The position numbers and the translations under genes were made by a program. 64,000 nucleotides of DNA from Haliotis cracherodii (lineage: Eukaryota): assembly GCF_022045235.1 (NCBI RefSeq), contig NW_027266341.1, forward strand, positions 6,138,001 through 6,202,000, read 5' to 3'. Under the pieces are notes generated by a model, which did not search any database, had not been told where the DNA came from, and worked only from the letters and a program-made list of their open reading frames with translations. Positions 1 to 12,317 of the stretch are shown here, in pieces. Positions within the stretch are counted from its first letter, which is position 1; each line of letters starts with the position of its first letter.

Positions 1-1095
1 GTGCATAGGATTGTACATAAACTTTGCATGTATACATTACACAGATAAGAGTGAAATGGTCTTCGAATATTTGAATGAATACGAATTTACATTTTGAATT
101 ATCCTACGGGGCAACAGTAGCTTTCTCTACAATAAAACATCTACAAAAGTGTGATGCTCCACATAATATTGTAAAAGTATTAAAAATTTGATATCAATCC
201 AAATCTGGCTCAGTCAAACTGATCGTCTATTTCGAAATCAAAGTTTTCAAGTGGTCGGCTTTATGCTCCAGAAGAATTGATATCCTAGGATTCCACGTGT
301 TGAAAGTGGGATTATATTACCATGAGGTTGTAAATTGAGACATTTTTTTATTCCAACATTTATCATGTATCAATATGTCTTCTTGTTGAATTCCATAATA
401 CCTATAAGCCAAATAATGCGAATGTGATTTGAAAAGTAAATTGTAGGCTTCTCTAAGCGTTTAGGTGATAATCCTTACATGCATCCCAAGCCGATCTTTC
501 CTGTCACTCATGCATGTCAACTATTTGTGTACTGATCAGTGTTGCAGCTCCCTCCTTCCAGGGGAAAAACTCCGGCTGTATCGACCTCTTAGGAACTCGT
601 GAGTTTCGTGATCCACATTAACAGATATTTTGATTATCTTTCCCGGTGATTATCTGTCAAGATTAGTTAATCATAAATGGAGCTGATAATGATCGACGTG
701 TATACAACTATAACTTATTACTAATGCGAGAATAGATCACCCTTTTATTGACAAAACACCCATATTAGGCATTGTGTAATAACATCACGTTCGGACGGGA
801 CTATTTGAGGACATCATCTGGTCATTCAAGTGGGGACAATGTGGCACTGTGCAGCTGTCCAACACGAATCATCTACTCCGAGACAACATTCTAATATTTA
901 CAACATTCCAAGGTACATTGACACAATGTACATACATCCAAACACTCGATGAATTATTTACATATTATTATTTTACTTGAATGTCTCCTGTCTGTGGGTT
1001 GTTGCAGTAGTCTTTGTTCTTTCGCAGGAATCGTGAACAAATGCGTATTGACCATACGGACTCTCACTTTTGTTTTGTAGTATTTCAAGCCTCGT
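1..1095 (+). repeat. Arm A of an inverted segmental duplication (partner 12961-14035); truncated by window start
   Basis: Bases 1-30 GTGCATAGGATTGTACAT.. are the reverse complement of ..ATGTACAATCCTATGCAC (ends 14035); collinear diverged similarity continues to CTCTCACTTTTGT..AAGCCTCGT (1061-1095) vs ACGAGCCTTGG..ACAAAAGTGAGAG (12961-12995). Confidence 0.9.
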
Positions 1096-1422
1096 TGCTT
1101 GAGTTGCAATCAGCTCCTTTCAGTGGAAAACTAGGATGTGTCTACCTCTTAGGAACCCATTAAATCAGTTGGTTATGTAAGAGTTTCGTAATCCATATTG
1201 ACAAATACTTTAATTATCTGTCCCGGTGATGACGGTAAGTTGAACGTGCGTGTATATGGAGCTGTTTATGATCAACTTGCATACAACCATAACTTACTAT
1301 TCGTCCAGAAAGAGATCACATGAGGACGAGACTATTTAAGGTGATCAGCTGACCATTTGAATTGGGTTGCCATTAGCACTGTGTGGCTTTCCAACACGGG
1401 CACATTCCAATGGGTCGTATGG

Positions 1423-1582
1423 GTGAGTGAGTATTGTTTTACGCCGCTTTTAGCAATAGTCCAGCAATATCACGGCGGGGACACCAGAAATGGGCTTCAC
1501 ACATTGTACCCATGTCGGGAATCGAACCCGGGTCTTCGCCGTGACGAGCGAACGTTTTAACCACTAGGCTACCCGACCGCCA
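1423..1582 (-). mobile_element. tRNA-derived SINE, family A
   Basis: Reverse strand has GGCGGTCGGGTAGCCTAGTGG (A box), GGTTCGATTCC (B box), tail GCGGCGTAAAAC + (ACTC)n; same family recurs many times in window. Confidence 0.9.
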
Positions 1583-1618
1583 CTCGTGAGTCGTATGAAT
1601 TCACCTAGTTGTCAAGTG

Positions 1619-1775
1619 ATGGTTGGGTTACCTTGTCGTTATAGCGTTCCCCTGTCCCAACGAATGCCCGGGTTCGACTGCTGATATGGGTACAATATTG
1701 GAAGACCATTTCTAGTGTACTCCGGCGTAATATTGCTGGATTATTGCTAAAGGCGGCACAACTCACATTCACGTA
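1619..1775 (+). mobile_element. SINE family A, degenerate copy
   Basis: CCCGGGTTCGA..ATGGGTACAAT..CCATTTCT..ATATTGCTGGATTATTGCTAAAGGCGGC aligns to family A. Confidence 0.7.
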
Positions 1776-2628
1776 GTCAACATGGCAGGATTCGATGACT
1801 CGATCGCATCTTGGGCGTCTTTAAATGTAGATGTTTCTAATTTGGTGATATGTGTGCTGCTATTATAAACAGCAAGAGAATGAAGTACCACTCACCCATT
1901 CACTCACTCACTTACTGCTCTGCACTGTTTGAATATCACTGTATTTGTAATAATGTAACTGTATGAAGGCAACAGGACGATGTGATACGAATTTGTAAAT
2001 ATACATGTGTGATATTAACGATTATGAGTGAATGAGTGAGTAAGAGTGAGTGTCAGCAGTATTCTAGCTATACCGTGTCTTGCACAGGCGATCACCACGA
2101 GCCATGATTGATTCCATCGGGGCAGGATGCGACAGTCTACAAGTCAAGCATAGTAACCACCCAATCCTCATTGATTGGATCTCGCGACAAGGATAGAGAA
2201 CTTGGGATCTACTACGTGTTTAATATAGTGTTTGACGTAGTCTATACAAACTCCCTATTGTGGATGCGACGCACAGATTAAATGACTCATGAATATATAA
2301 GTGTGTATCTGTTTTTGAAACCTGTTTTCTATGGTGATACTTCAGCTCAGCATTACAATACAGGTGTCTTTATTTGTTTGTATATTGTTTAACGCCGCAA
2401 TCCATCGATTTATATTATGAACAATCGGCCCACGCAGTCAACGAAGCCACAGAGATTAATCACCCTATCTATTAATTCGCATCTTGAAAGGATGATCTCA
2501 AGGAAAAGCGATCGTATTCGTTTTTTACGCTCAGCCAACAACACAACAAAAGCTATTAAGAAGACTGCGGACGTGCTGGCATTTATCTGGAAACAAATCG
2601 GACAAAGTTTGTTGCTTTAGGGACATCA

Positions 2629-3350
2629 ATCTGGAAGCACACCTGTGACCATCGAGACAAAAGGCGGATATACTAGTACATAATGAGGTGGGGTACTGTG
2701 GAGAATCTGTTCACTGTCAAGATCACTGCATTCACACTCCAGAAAGAGATCATCATTAACTGACCAGGACACTATTATAGGCAATTCTGTTAAAAAGGTA
2801 AGAAGTGAACACGTAATCGACATTGAGACTCTTCAAGCAAAGTGAGAAAGTTATGAAACGGAGCAACTACAAAAATCATTCGATTAGCGTATTGTTGGCA
2901 TTAAACACTCGTTTACATATAAACTTATTGAAAAGATCGAGCTAATTCGAAATGAGGCTAACTGTGTAAAATTGGATGTTTTGAAAGAAGGTGAAACGCT
3001 GAGTGGTCGGGTCACGCCCCAGAGAGGAGGGGTGTACCTGAGCAACTTAACATTGCTATAAGAAATGTATACGGGTTCGAGAACAAAAACTAATGATTTT
3101 ACCTGTGTATCTCATAAGGGGGTCCTCTGTGCTGCCTTACGAATAATTCGATTCATTTAGTAATTTTAGATTTATCCAATCTGGTGCTTTGCAACAGAAG
3201 GCGAGTTGTGTGGGTGCTATCGATTGGAAGCAGCTGTTGACTCTGGACAGTCTCTCCTTCAGTGGGGTGTCTGTCAGCAGAAGGCTATCCAGGAGAACAT
3301 TTAATATGATAGTAAACCACTGTATCGTACTTTATAGGATTACAAGTCTA
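2629..3350 (+). repeat. Copy 1 of ~720-bp direct duplication of a decayed LINE segment (copy 2 at 5638-6354)
   Basis: Near-identical from ATCTGGAAGCA to GGATTACAAGTCTA in both copies; ORFs 3189 and 6193 share the same N-terminal translation. Confidence 0.95.
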
Positions 3351-5637
3351 GTCTGCAACAATTCTGTTTTATTGCTAAAATCTTTATATATAATTCTGCA
3401 GAACCTGAGGTCCAGCTTGAGATACCCGGATGAGTACTCCAGGTTGAGTCTGGAAGGACCCCTCCAGATTTCAGAAGTGATTAGCAGACAGCGATGAGGA
3501 GAGTCATGTTATTTCAATGGGGGCCTACCGAGAAGTTGTATGCCAAGTGACACTGGGACACGCTCACAAAGACTGGTCTGGCTAATGTGAGAAGACCAAC
3601 CAATGCCAAGTCGGAGTGGGACCCTTCAAGGACGTTGAAGAAATTGTTGTCTTTGGCCATGTGGTAATCACTTGAAAGGAATGATGTTTTGGACTACTTG
3701 TCTATAAATGTGGACCCAAACACCAAATAGAATGTTCATAATTCTACTAACACAATGCAACAGGGATAGAGCCCATCTGGCCTCCCCTCATCCTGGTATC
3801 TGTTTTTCCATGGCAATATAGAGGGAAAAAGGAGGTTTGAAGGCAAGTAACTCTGAACTGGTGAGCATGGTCTGCTGATGCTTTCAAGCGAACAGTTATA
3901 CCCGCTCTGTTATGAGTATTGAAGAATAGGAGGAAATTGCATACTGCATCAGGAACCATCATGTGAACACTGTTCAATGTGTGATATAGGCATATAAATA
4001 AAAGAAATTGATAATTTGTTTGTTGTTTATGTTTCATTAGCCAGCTGTGGAAATGGGGATTTTCCAAGATTTTGCCTCAGTTTAATAGCCACAGTTATCG
4101 TATGAAACGATGCATTGCTTGGACATCTTTGGAATAACACATTGATCTGTTATGTCAAAGGTCAATGTCAGCCAGACAAAAAGTTTGTTAATGGCCAAGC
4201 TCTTCCTTAGGGCAGGGATAGAAGTTGGCAAAAGGTCATACACTTACTTTTTCTCTAAAGTGCCTTTTCCTGCACAAGTCTAAATAAGTCTTACACATAT
4301 AGTTGTATATCATTGTCATATGTTTGTCAATATTACATTGAATTCCACCAAAGGACATCATATTTGGTTTAAGTGCTGGACAGCTCTTTGACATATTTTT
4401 GAAATATTTGTCACTGATATTGAAGGTCAAATTCACTGTCAATGTCAAAAGTGATAACTCATGAAGGGTTGCAGTGTAAGATCAGGGCAATATTGAAGGT
4501 CATTCATAAAGTCTTTTTCTCCATTATCACTAAAATGCCTATTTCTGGAGATATTTGTGAAGTATTATGCATGCAGTATTATATGTTATATTATTTGAAT
4601 ACTCATGTATGAGCAGTGGTAACAAATCACAGTCACCTAATTTCAATGAGTAGTATAAGCCATATTTTCATTGTTGCATATAATTTTGCCTAGGGCCTCC
4701 ATAAGTGATATAAATGATATGAAGCACTTTACAATTGTTTTTTAAATAGTCGCAACTGATATTGAAGGTCAAATTAATTTTCACTGTCTTTCAGTAAAAA
4801 TGTTCACAGTAATTGAGGAAGAGCTCTCTGTAGTGTGATGGAATCTGGTACATGTCACCCTCAGTGTGAGGCATATTGTGTTTCAAACTTAAATGAAGCT
4901 GGTATGTCTAGATATAACAAGTACTTGTACCGTTACAAATAATCTTATTATCATCTCACTAGGACCAAAGGCCCAAGTGAACACACAGTCGATGAGTTTA
5001 TACTTTCACTCAGAACAATCTGGAAGTCTGAACATGAAATTTAAGGATATCATCATACATGGATTAGAACTGATGTTTGTTTATCAAACAGCTTAACATC
5101 TAAACAGAATTATGGATGAAATTGAAAAATTGTCATCTCCAAAAGTACATGCCCATAGATTTCAACTTTAAGGGGATATTTACAACTAAAATGACACAAT
5201 ATTACTACAACTATCTGATATGCCAGGCTAACATTATTTACCAGAAATAAGACATCTCGAAAATTGTATCTGGATACCTTCCAGATACCTTCAGCAATGT
5301 TCAATGTTCTTGGTTAGTTAGTTTCCAATATATTTTTAGGTGTTTCACACTTATTTAAACAAAATTAACCCCTCAAATTGTGACATTTTGTTTGGAAACT
5401 CAGAATGAGGTATCAGGTGCCGGATCCTTTGACACCCAGATTGAGGTTTCCGATGCCATATACCCGGATACCCGGATTCCAGGTGGCATACTTTCCGGTG
5501 AGGTGTCCATGCCAGATACCACGGGTCTGGTATCTGGCAAGGTATCTGCCACCGTACACCCGGACGCGTTTTGGGTAAGTGTCCGGAGGTATCCGGAAGG
5601 TATCCGGATACCGGAAACTGCATTTTTTTTTGCTGTG
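3351..5637. mobile_element. Truncated CACTA/EnSpm-like DNA transposon remnant (one terminus plus subterminal repeats)
   Basis: Ends ..GCATTTTTTTTTGCTGTG at 5637 (= CACAGCAAAAAAAAA on minus, terminus typical of animal EnSpm/CACTA); dense direct and inverted CC(A/G)GATAC subterminal repeats at 5210-5615; other terminus not found, so left boundary is only defined by the duplication breakpoint. Confidence 0.6.
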
Positions 5638-7383
5638 ATCTGGAAGCATTCCTGTGACCATCGAGACAAAAGGCGGATATACTAGTATATAATGACGTGG
5701 GGTACTGTGGAGAATCTGGTCACCGTCAAGATCACTGCATTCACACTCCAGAAATCATCATTAACGGACCAGGACAATATTATTGGCAATTCTGTTAAAA
5801 AGGTAAGAAGTGAACACGTAATCGACATTGAGACTCTTCAAGCAAAGTGAGAAAGTTATGACACGGAGCAACTACAAAAATCATTCGATTAGCGTATTGT
5901 TGGCATTGAGCACTCGTTTACATATAAACTTATTGAAAAGATCGAGCTAATTCGAAATGAGGCTAACTGTGTAAAATTGGATGTTTTGAAAGAAGGTGAA
6001 ACGCTGAGTGGTCGGGTCACGCCCCAGAGAGGAGGGGTGTACCTGAGCAACTTAACATTGCTATAAGAAATGTATACGGGTCCGAGAACAAAAACTAATG
6101 ATTTTACCTGTGTATCTCATAAAGGGTCCTCTGTGCTGCCTTACGAATAATTCGATTCATTTAGTAATTTTAAATTTATCCAATCTGGTGCTTTGCAACA
6201 GAAGGCGAGTTGTGTGGGTGCTATCGATTGGAAGCAGCTGTTGACTCTGGACAGTCTCTCCTTCAGTGGGGTGTCTGTCAGCAGAAGGCCATCCAGGAGA
6301 ACATTTAATATGATAGTAAACCACTGTATCGTACTGTATAGGATTACAAGTCTACTCCACAAGACTCCCTCATGTCAGATGATTTATCTGTCAGCTTCGG
6401 GGAGTGATATATAGGTGTGAGGAGGTCTCCGTGCATCAAGCACAGGTTTAAGATTCATATGACAGCCCTGTGAATATCTTTAAAATTGAAAGGAAGAACA
6501 AACTGTCGAGTGAACTTATCCCCCTTGAGGGTAGGTCTAATAATTAAGACATAGGATTAGTAAACAAAGAAGGGCAGATGAACTGACGCTGTTATGGACT
6601 GACAAGAGTACAGCTGAACAGAAATGGTGTCGAAATTAAGGGAAGTATAAAAGTGATTCAGTTTTAAAACAAGACTTTGTAATGAAGTGGAAATTGTTTG
6701 ACAAAGGGGACAATGTCAGGGAGGAACAGAAAACATTATATGACATTTGAGAGTCGGATAGAACTGCGTTTTTGAGAAAGGTTGGGAAGTTTGGTATTGA
6801 AAAAGATGGGAGAAAAAACATTCCAATGGAAATTCCATTGGAGGAAATTTCTGCATCAAGGGACCCTGAGGTTGTTTTAAACACTCGGAAATCTACATTT
6901 TGTGACCTTTTAAACTGTTCTACCAAAGCAGCTGAAGATTCGATATACAAGGAGAGCATCTTCAAAAGATTGTTTAACCAAAGCGAACTCAATGAAGCTC
7001 TTATCCTTGCCAAAGACGGAAAGAAACCAGGAGGGGATGGTATCCCCGTAGAGCGATTCTGAAGAGACCACATCCGTAGTTTTTCATTGACCTCATTAAT
7101 AAATGCTTTAGGACTTGTGTTATACTCAGAGATTAGGGCCAATGAATTATAAACCACATATTCAAATCAGCCATGTCAGAGGGACCCGCTATCCTCCAGA
7201 ATATATTCAAGCATATATAAGCTATATCGTTGCTTGCTAAAAGACTGTATGAGTGTCTGAAGCTGTCTGAAGCTTCTAACTGTATCAATGGCGAACAGAA
7301 TTAATGCAGGAAAATGTTAAGAGAAACAAGGAAAACACAAGAAGAAAACATTTGAAGCTTTCATTGACTTCAAGAAGGCATAT
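5638..7383 (+). mobile_element. Decayed non-LTR retrotransposon (LINE) endonuclease-RT region, interrupted at RT motif
   Basis: ELNEALILAKDGKKPGGDGIPVE (KAPG-DG motif preceding RT) in ORF 6772-7062; TTTGAAGCTTTCATTGACTTCAAGAAGGCATAT = FEAFIDFKKAY at 7351-7383, then abrupt break. Confidence 0.8.
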
Positions 7384-7719
7384 GTGACCTGTTCCATAAA
7401 AAGGGACCAAAAGTCGTCGACTATAAAAACAAGTTACGCATATTTTGCATATTTTCAATTCAAAATAGTATCAAAGACAACTTTAAAATTTAAACTATTT
7501 CAAAAGATCAAGAGAATTTTAAGTTCATATTTAGGCCTGTGGTTCAACAAGTGATTCTTTTGTACCATATCATCGTTAATCCTTTGCTTTTACACACATC
7601 TAGATGAATGCTTGAGGTTTATATTCATGCATTTTACTTTTTATGTCAACAATTATCTAAGATATTTTGTTTGCCGTAGACATGTGACCCATTTTCCTGC
7701 ACGAGAAGTAAAAGGAAAC

Positions 7720-8338
7720 ACGAAGTTGGATGGGTTTGTTTATTCATAAAGAACACAAGATGTCTTGAAACAAGATTATAAACACCAACTAATTTTTATT
7801 TCCTGGTGAGGAACACAATGTTAGGTTAATACCAGTCCGAATTAAAGTTTCTTAATCATACATTCCATGTAAATCTTTCAAAACTTCAGGACAACACAAT
7901 GTTGTTGGATAATGTTACATTTGACAAACCAATACAACAAACAAATAACCTGAAATTATTTTTTGTGACAAACAGTCTTGTCAAAGTAAATGTAACCTAT
8001 AAAAAGACGAAGTTTGATGTTTCGTTTTATTAATAAAAAGACAACAAGATATCTTGAAACAAGATTATGTAAACCCTAAATCCTTTGTTCCTTGGTGAAG
8101 AACACAATGACAGACCGAAATTGTTGTCCAATTTAACACACAAAAATCTTTGACGTGAAATTTGGTCATATCATGACATCATCTAAACCAAGTTTCTTAA
8201 GAATACATTCTGTGTAATTCTTTCCAAATTTTAAGAACACTCATTTTGTAGGATAATGTTACTTTTGACATACTGATACAACAAGCATATAACCTAAAAT
8301 TAAATTTTGTGACAAATAGTCATGTCAAAGTAAACATA
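7720..8338 (+). repeat. Diverged ~290-330 bp tandem duplication in the Sola subterminal region
   Basis: ACAAGAT(G/A)TCTTGAAACAAGATTAT at ~7755 and ~8044; TGGTGA(G/A)GAACACAATG at ~7803 and ~8092; TGTGACAAA(C/T)AGTC..GTCAAAGTAAA at ~7964 and ~8308. Confidence 0.85.
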
Positions 8339-8439
8339 GCCTCTACGCTATCAGCGAAAGGCACTTAAACACTTGCTGTGATGGATTCTGGATTCAGTAG
8401 GTACGACCATTGTCGTCACTTTCAACTTCAGTGTCAGTG

Positions 8440-10534
8440 TCAACCTTTCTCTTAGGACAGTGAATGTGACCTTGTATGACCATGTTCCTGTGTCCAGACT
8501 CGTCACGTAGGTCGTTTACGTGTTAGTTTTCGGAGCTCTAGGTCATCATGACCAAGTTCAGACTCATGACTAGAACTTGGCTCGTCTGCATCAGGCGGAA
8601 CTACTGCTGGATTGGGCACAGTACATCTCTTGATTCCGGCTTGCAAAAGTGTCTGATCTTATTGTATAGGTACAATACTTCAAAACTTGAAATCTAGATC
8701 CAGGATCACTCAGATTCAACTTACAAGTGACATCGCATGGTCTGTCTGTCTCAACTTCAAAATAATGGAAGGTTCTGAGATTTGGCATCTTCCTGAAACC
8801 AATATCACTGAACAGCTTTTGCCAGTCAAAAGTTGGAACAACTGTGGATTCATCTTGTCTCATCACAGTCTGGGGGACATTCACTCTGGATTTAAGACCT
8901 GAGTTGTACATACACGTTTCAACATCGGCTATTGTGTGAACTTCAGACCTTCTGAATCTGGACTTGAATATTCCAAAAGCCCAGTCTGGGCTAAATTTAG
9001 TGTGACCCACAGACAAACAACAGAGTTGTACCCTTTTATGCAGATTATTTGCAACTCTCCATAAGAAGTAGCCTATAAGTTATTTTTGTTTTGTCCTGTG
9101 CAATTGTCCATGTGGAAAATGGCACTGGTTTCTCCAAGCCCATAGTTAGCCAAGTATAAGTGTAACATGCTTATGACTGCGTTTGAACCCTTTCCTGCCA
9201 CAGCACTCTCTGGAATGATGAAATTCACTTGCTTGCTGGTAGCTTCACACATAACGCCAAAAATCCCAACTTAATCGGGGGTCAGAAAATAGATTGGCTC
9301 TGGCTGCTGCAAATTGTGAGGGATGTGTACTTACTGGGGAAAAGTCAAAGCTGTAATGCATTTCTCCTTCAAAGGAATTAGGCTGGTGAGGCTCTAATCT
9401 AGGTGCAAGGTGTGACAGCAAGTTTTCTTTGCTGGTCTGTATTTTCTCTTTAGAGAACTGCCTCTCGGTATGCACGTGTTGCAGATGTCTTAGGGATTCC
9501 TGCAGAAGATCAGTCTTTAGTTTCTCAGACATTGCTGCCATTTTACTGAGGTTCACAATATTGCTTTGGCAAACATAGCAAAGATCCGATCTTGGGCGCT
9601 ATATAACCAGATATGAAAAAACATCCTTCCAAATCCGTCTGAAAGTACTGAGAGATACTGTAGGTGTGTCATCGGGGCTGCTTTCCAGATAAAGTCTATG
9701 GAGTTCTGACTTACTGAGACATGATGGCAGAAGCTTAACATCAGGCGATTTAAAACCCGGAACTCGTCCAGGAAGTACAAGGGTGTGTTGTTCAGCGTAA
9801 TTTTGCAACCAGACTGTCACAAGCTTGATAGACTCTGGATTCACCCTTTTAAACTTGGGCGCTTTCCCAACATTGCCATGTTGTCTGATACATAAGCTGC
9901 CATCCCGTACACTTTTCTTGAGACGACTGTAGCGCTTCCGTCCAATAGCATGAGCAAAACAAAATGTTTTCAGACATATTGGCCTTCCTTGGAAAAGAAA
10001 AGCAGCTCTTGTGTTCTGTCTGTCTTTGTTTTTCTTCTTTGAGCGACATGTCTTTGGGGAATGTTGTGTAAACCCATGAATCAGAGTTACCAAAGTTTCA
10101 TTGAGGACATTGACATGATCCTCATTATAATAATCTTTCTCAAAACTGGCCAACCTATTGTTAATTAGACTCTCTTCAGAAAACTGCTAAGAGCACTGAG
10201 TTGCACTGTCACCATGGTTGCATCCACAACCCTTGGTAAGAAAAGGCTTAACTGCCACCAAGTCATCATCACATAGAAGCTCCTGGTTGTTTTCCGATGC
10301 CTTCCATTGAGTGCCTACATTGATAATCTCCTTTTTAGTATTATCCACAGTATTATAATCTGTATCCCCATCTTCTTCAGAACTGTCAGATGTATCGTCC
10401 TGACCTCCATCCCCACAATCCAGGATGTCGTCATCCACATTAAAGTAGTCCTCAAGAGCAAAGGCAATATCACAGTTACTTACAGAAATATCCCTGAAAC
10501 TGTTCAGTTTGTCAGCAATGTTGGAAGCACTCAT
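8440..10534 (-). pseudogene. Sola-type DDD transposase pseudogene (~650-690 aa reconstructed)
   Basis: ORFs 10187-10534, 9599-10153, 9245-9556 are in one frame separated by single TAG stops. Motifs: RSDLCYVC, HYSFDF, (after frameshift) VHIPHNLQQPEPIYFLTP, GKGSNAVISMLH, HMDNCTGQNK, VGHTKFSPDWAFG, C-terminal YLYNKIRHFCKPESRDVLCP; matches my recollection of Sola/DUF7869-like RNase H-fold transposases. Confidence 0.8.
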
Positions 10535-10543
10535 AATTCTCTA

Positions 10544-12317
10544 CTACAGGTAGTGATTGTAGAGCCGACCAGGGAACTCAGCTGAATGCACAACAAATGA
10601 CACCTTGTGTGAAAACAGCACCCTTAGATGCATGTATTGTTCAATGTATTCATCATCTGCCAAGGAAAAACGAAAACGCACCATGAACCTGTCTTTTGCA
10701 AGAATAGTGGCAATCTGGTAGAGTTCTGAAAATGTAAACTTACATCCTGACACATCAACATCTGAAAGAACACACTTCCTGGCAATTTCACACAAAACAT
10801 CACACGTCATGTGAGTAAATGCAGCATGAAGTGTCTCCAGTTTAGGCAATAATGACAGCCATAGTAATTCATCTGACGCCACACCCATACAAATGTCTAG
10901 CAGCACCAGTTGCAAGTTTTGTAGCGGTTGAAGGAAGGCTAATTTGCTAATACCTTATCCATTAATGCTCTAGTGTTCGTAAGGCATGATTAGGGCTGCA
11001 ACGATACAGGAATTTCACGATACGATAGGCATCTCGATATCCTGGTAACGATACGATACGTATCTCGATACGCAATGATATAAAAAAACAAGACTGAAAG
11101 CATGTCAAAATTGAACCTTTCATGATTTTGGAACAGTCAAAATTATTTTATAATAACAAGACTACTGAAGTTAAGCTTCAAAGTGGAACTTTACCTAACT
11201 TTCCTTCAAATGGTCGAAGGATTTATATCTGAAATTATTGTTTTATCAGGAGTAATATATTCCAATATCTTGTTACTTTAGCTGCAACTTTTACTATATA
11301 TATATATTTAAAGTTATAAGAACCACAAACGTAGCATTTTGGTACTGGTGATTGCATGATATTTTTACGTATGGAACAATTTGACCGTAGGGACTTCCCG
11401 CGCAACATGTATGTATGCGAAAACGCTATATTGACATATATTAGCCAAATTGCCAGAAATATGACTTGTAACGAGTCAAAGTGTGGCATTTTTAATATAT
11501 GTATCCATTCTCTAGTAACTAAAGTTTGCTTCAATGCGTCAAAAGCGGTAATCTGCCCGCGGTTGCTCTATCTCTTCACACACGATTTCACCTAACTTAA
11601 TGAAAACAATATTAAATGAAATTTTGAATAAAATTGATAAAATATATTACAAACACAAATCCAGATATACAACGAACACTTTTTAATAACAAGATGGTAT
11701 AATAATGGTATTGAATTGCGAACTTCAATTCGGATTTGCTAACTGGTATTTCCAGTGTTATGTGCTTGCTGATCAGCTGATAATGTTTTTTATGAGATGG
11801 GGAAAAACATCTGTCGGTGTAAAACCTGAGCTTATTAAAAATGTAAATACGGTTTTGGGAGCCATGCGTTACCGCGCGCTACAACCAAGTTAGCGGTTTA
11901 TTGAAAGGCACAAATGCGAGGAAACGCTGAGATTTGCGTTCCGTATCGTGGAGTATCAATAAATGTTCCCACGTCTATCGTATAAAGTATCATGGGTCAA
12001 GTATCACGATGCATCGGAATATCAGTGTATCGTTTCACCCTCAAGCATGATTGGAACAGATTATCAGTGTCATCAGTTGTGTATCTTTGAGCACCTTCAC
12101 TGAACATTAATGTTCTAAATGCTACTGAGTGGCTCAAAATTCTTTAAAGTGTTGATGTATCTACTTTGAGTTCACCAGGCCAATTGCAGTATCTCCATAA
12201 AATGTGATTGGTATTCTATTTCTTGCTGACATAGGACACTGTTGTGACCAGCGTTTGAATGTCCAAACATTTGAGTATGCGTATAAGTACTGCTTCTGGC
12301 AAATCCAATAGATTCAT
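10544..12317 (-). pseudogene. F-box / leucine-rich-repeat protein pseudogene (cargo of the transposon), split by MITE 10991-12043
   Basis: From ATG 12317: MNLLDLPEAVLIRILKCLDIQTLVTTVSYVSKK*NTNHILWR = F-box consensus (L..LP..L..I...L.....V.K.W....LW; TGG>TAG). After removing the MITE and one frameshift: GISKLAFLQPLQNLQLVLLDIC..LSLLPKLETLHAAFT..VLCEIARKCVLSDVDVSGC = Cys-containing LRR-like repeats; stop 10544. Confidence 0.8.
10991..12043. mobile_element. Non-autonomous hAT-type element (MITE)
   Basis: TIRs TAGGGCTGCAACGATAC ... GTATCGTTTCACCCT(C)A; 8-bp TSD GGCATGAT / AGCATGAT; CGATA/TATCG subterminal repeats at both ends; no ORF. Confidence 0.85.

Noticed and set aside
5351-5685. Four overlapping ORFs as a gene
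   Set aside because: By-product of GC-rich subterminal CCGGATAC repeats of the CACTA-like end.
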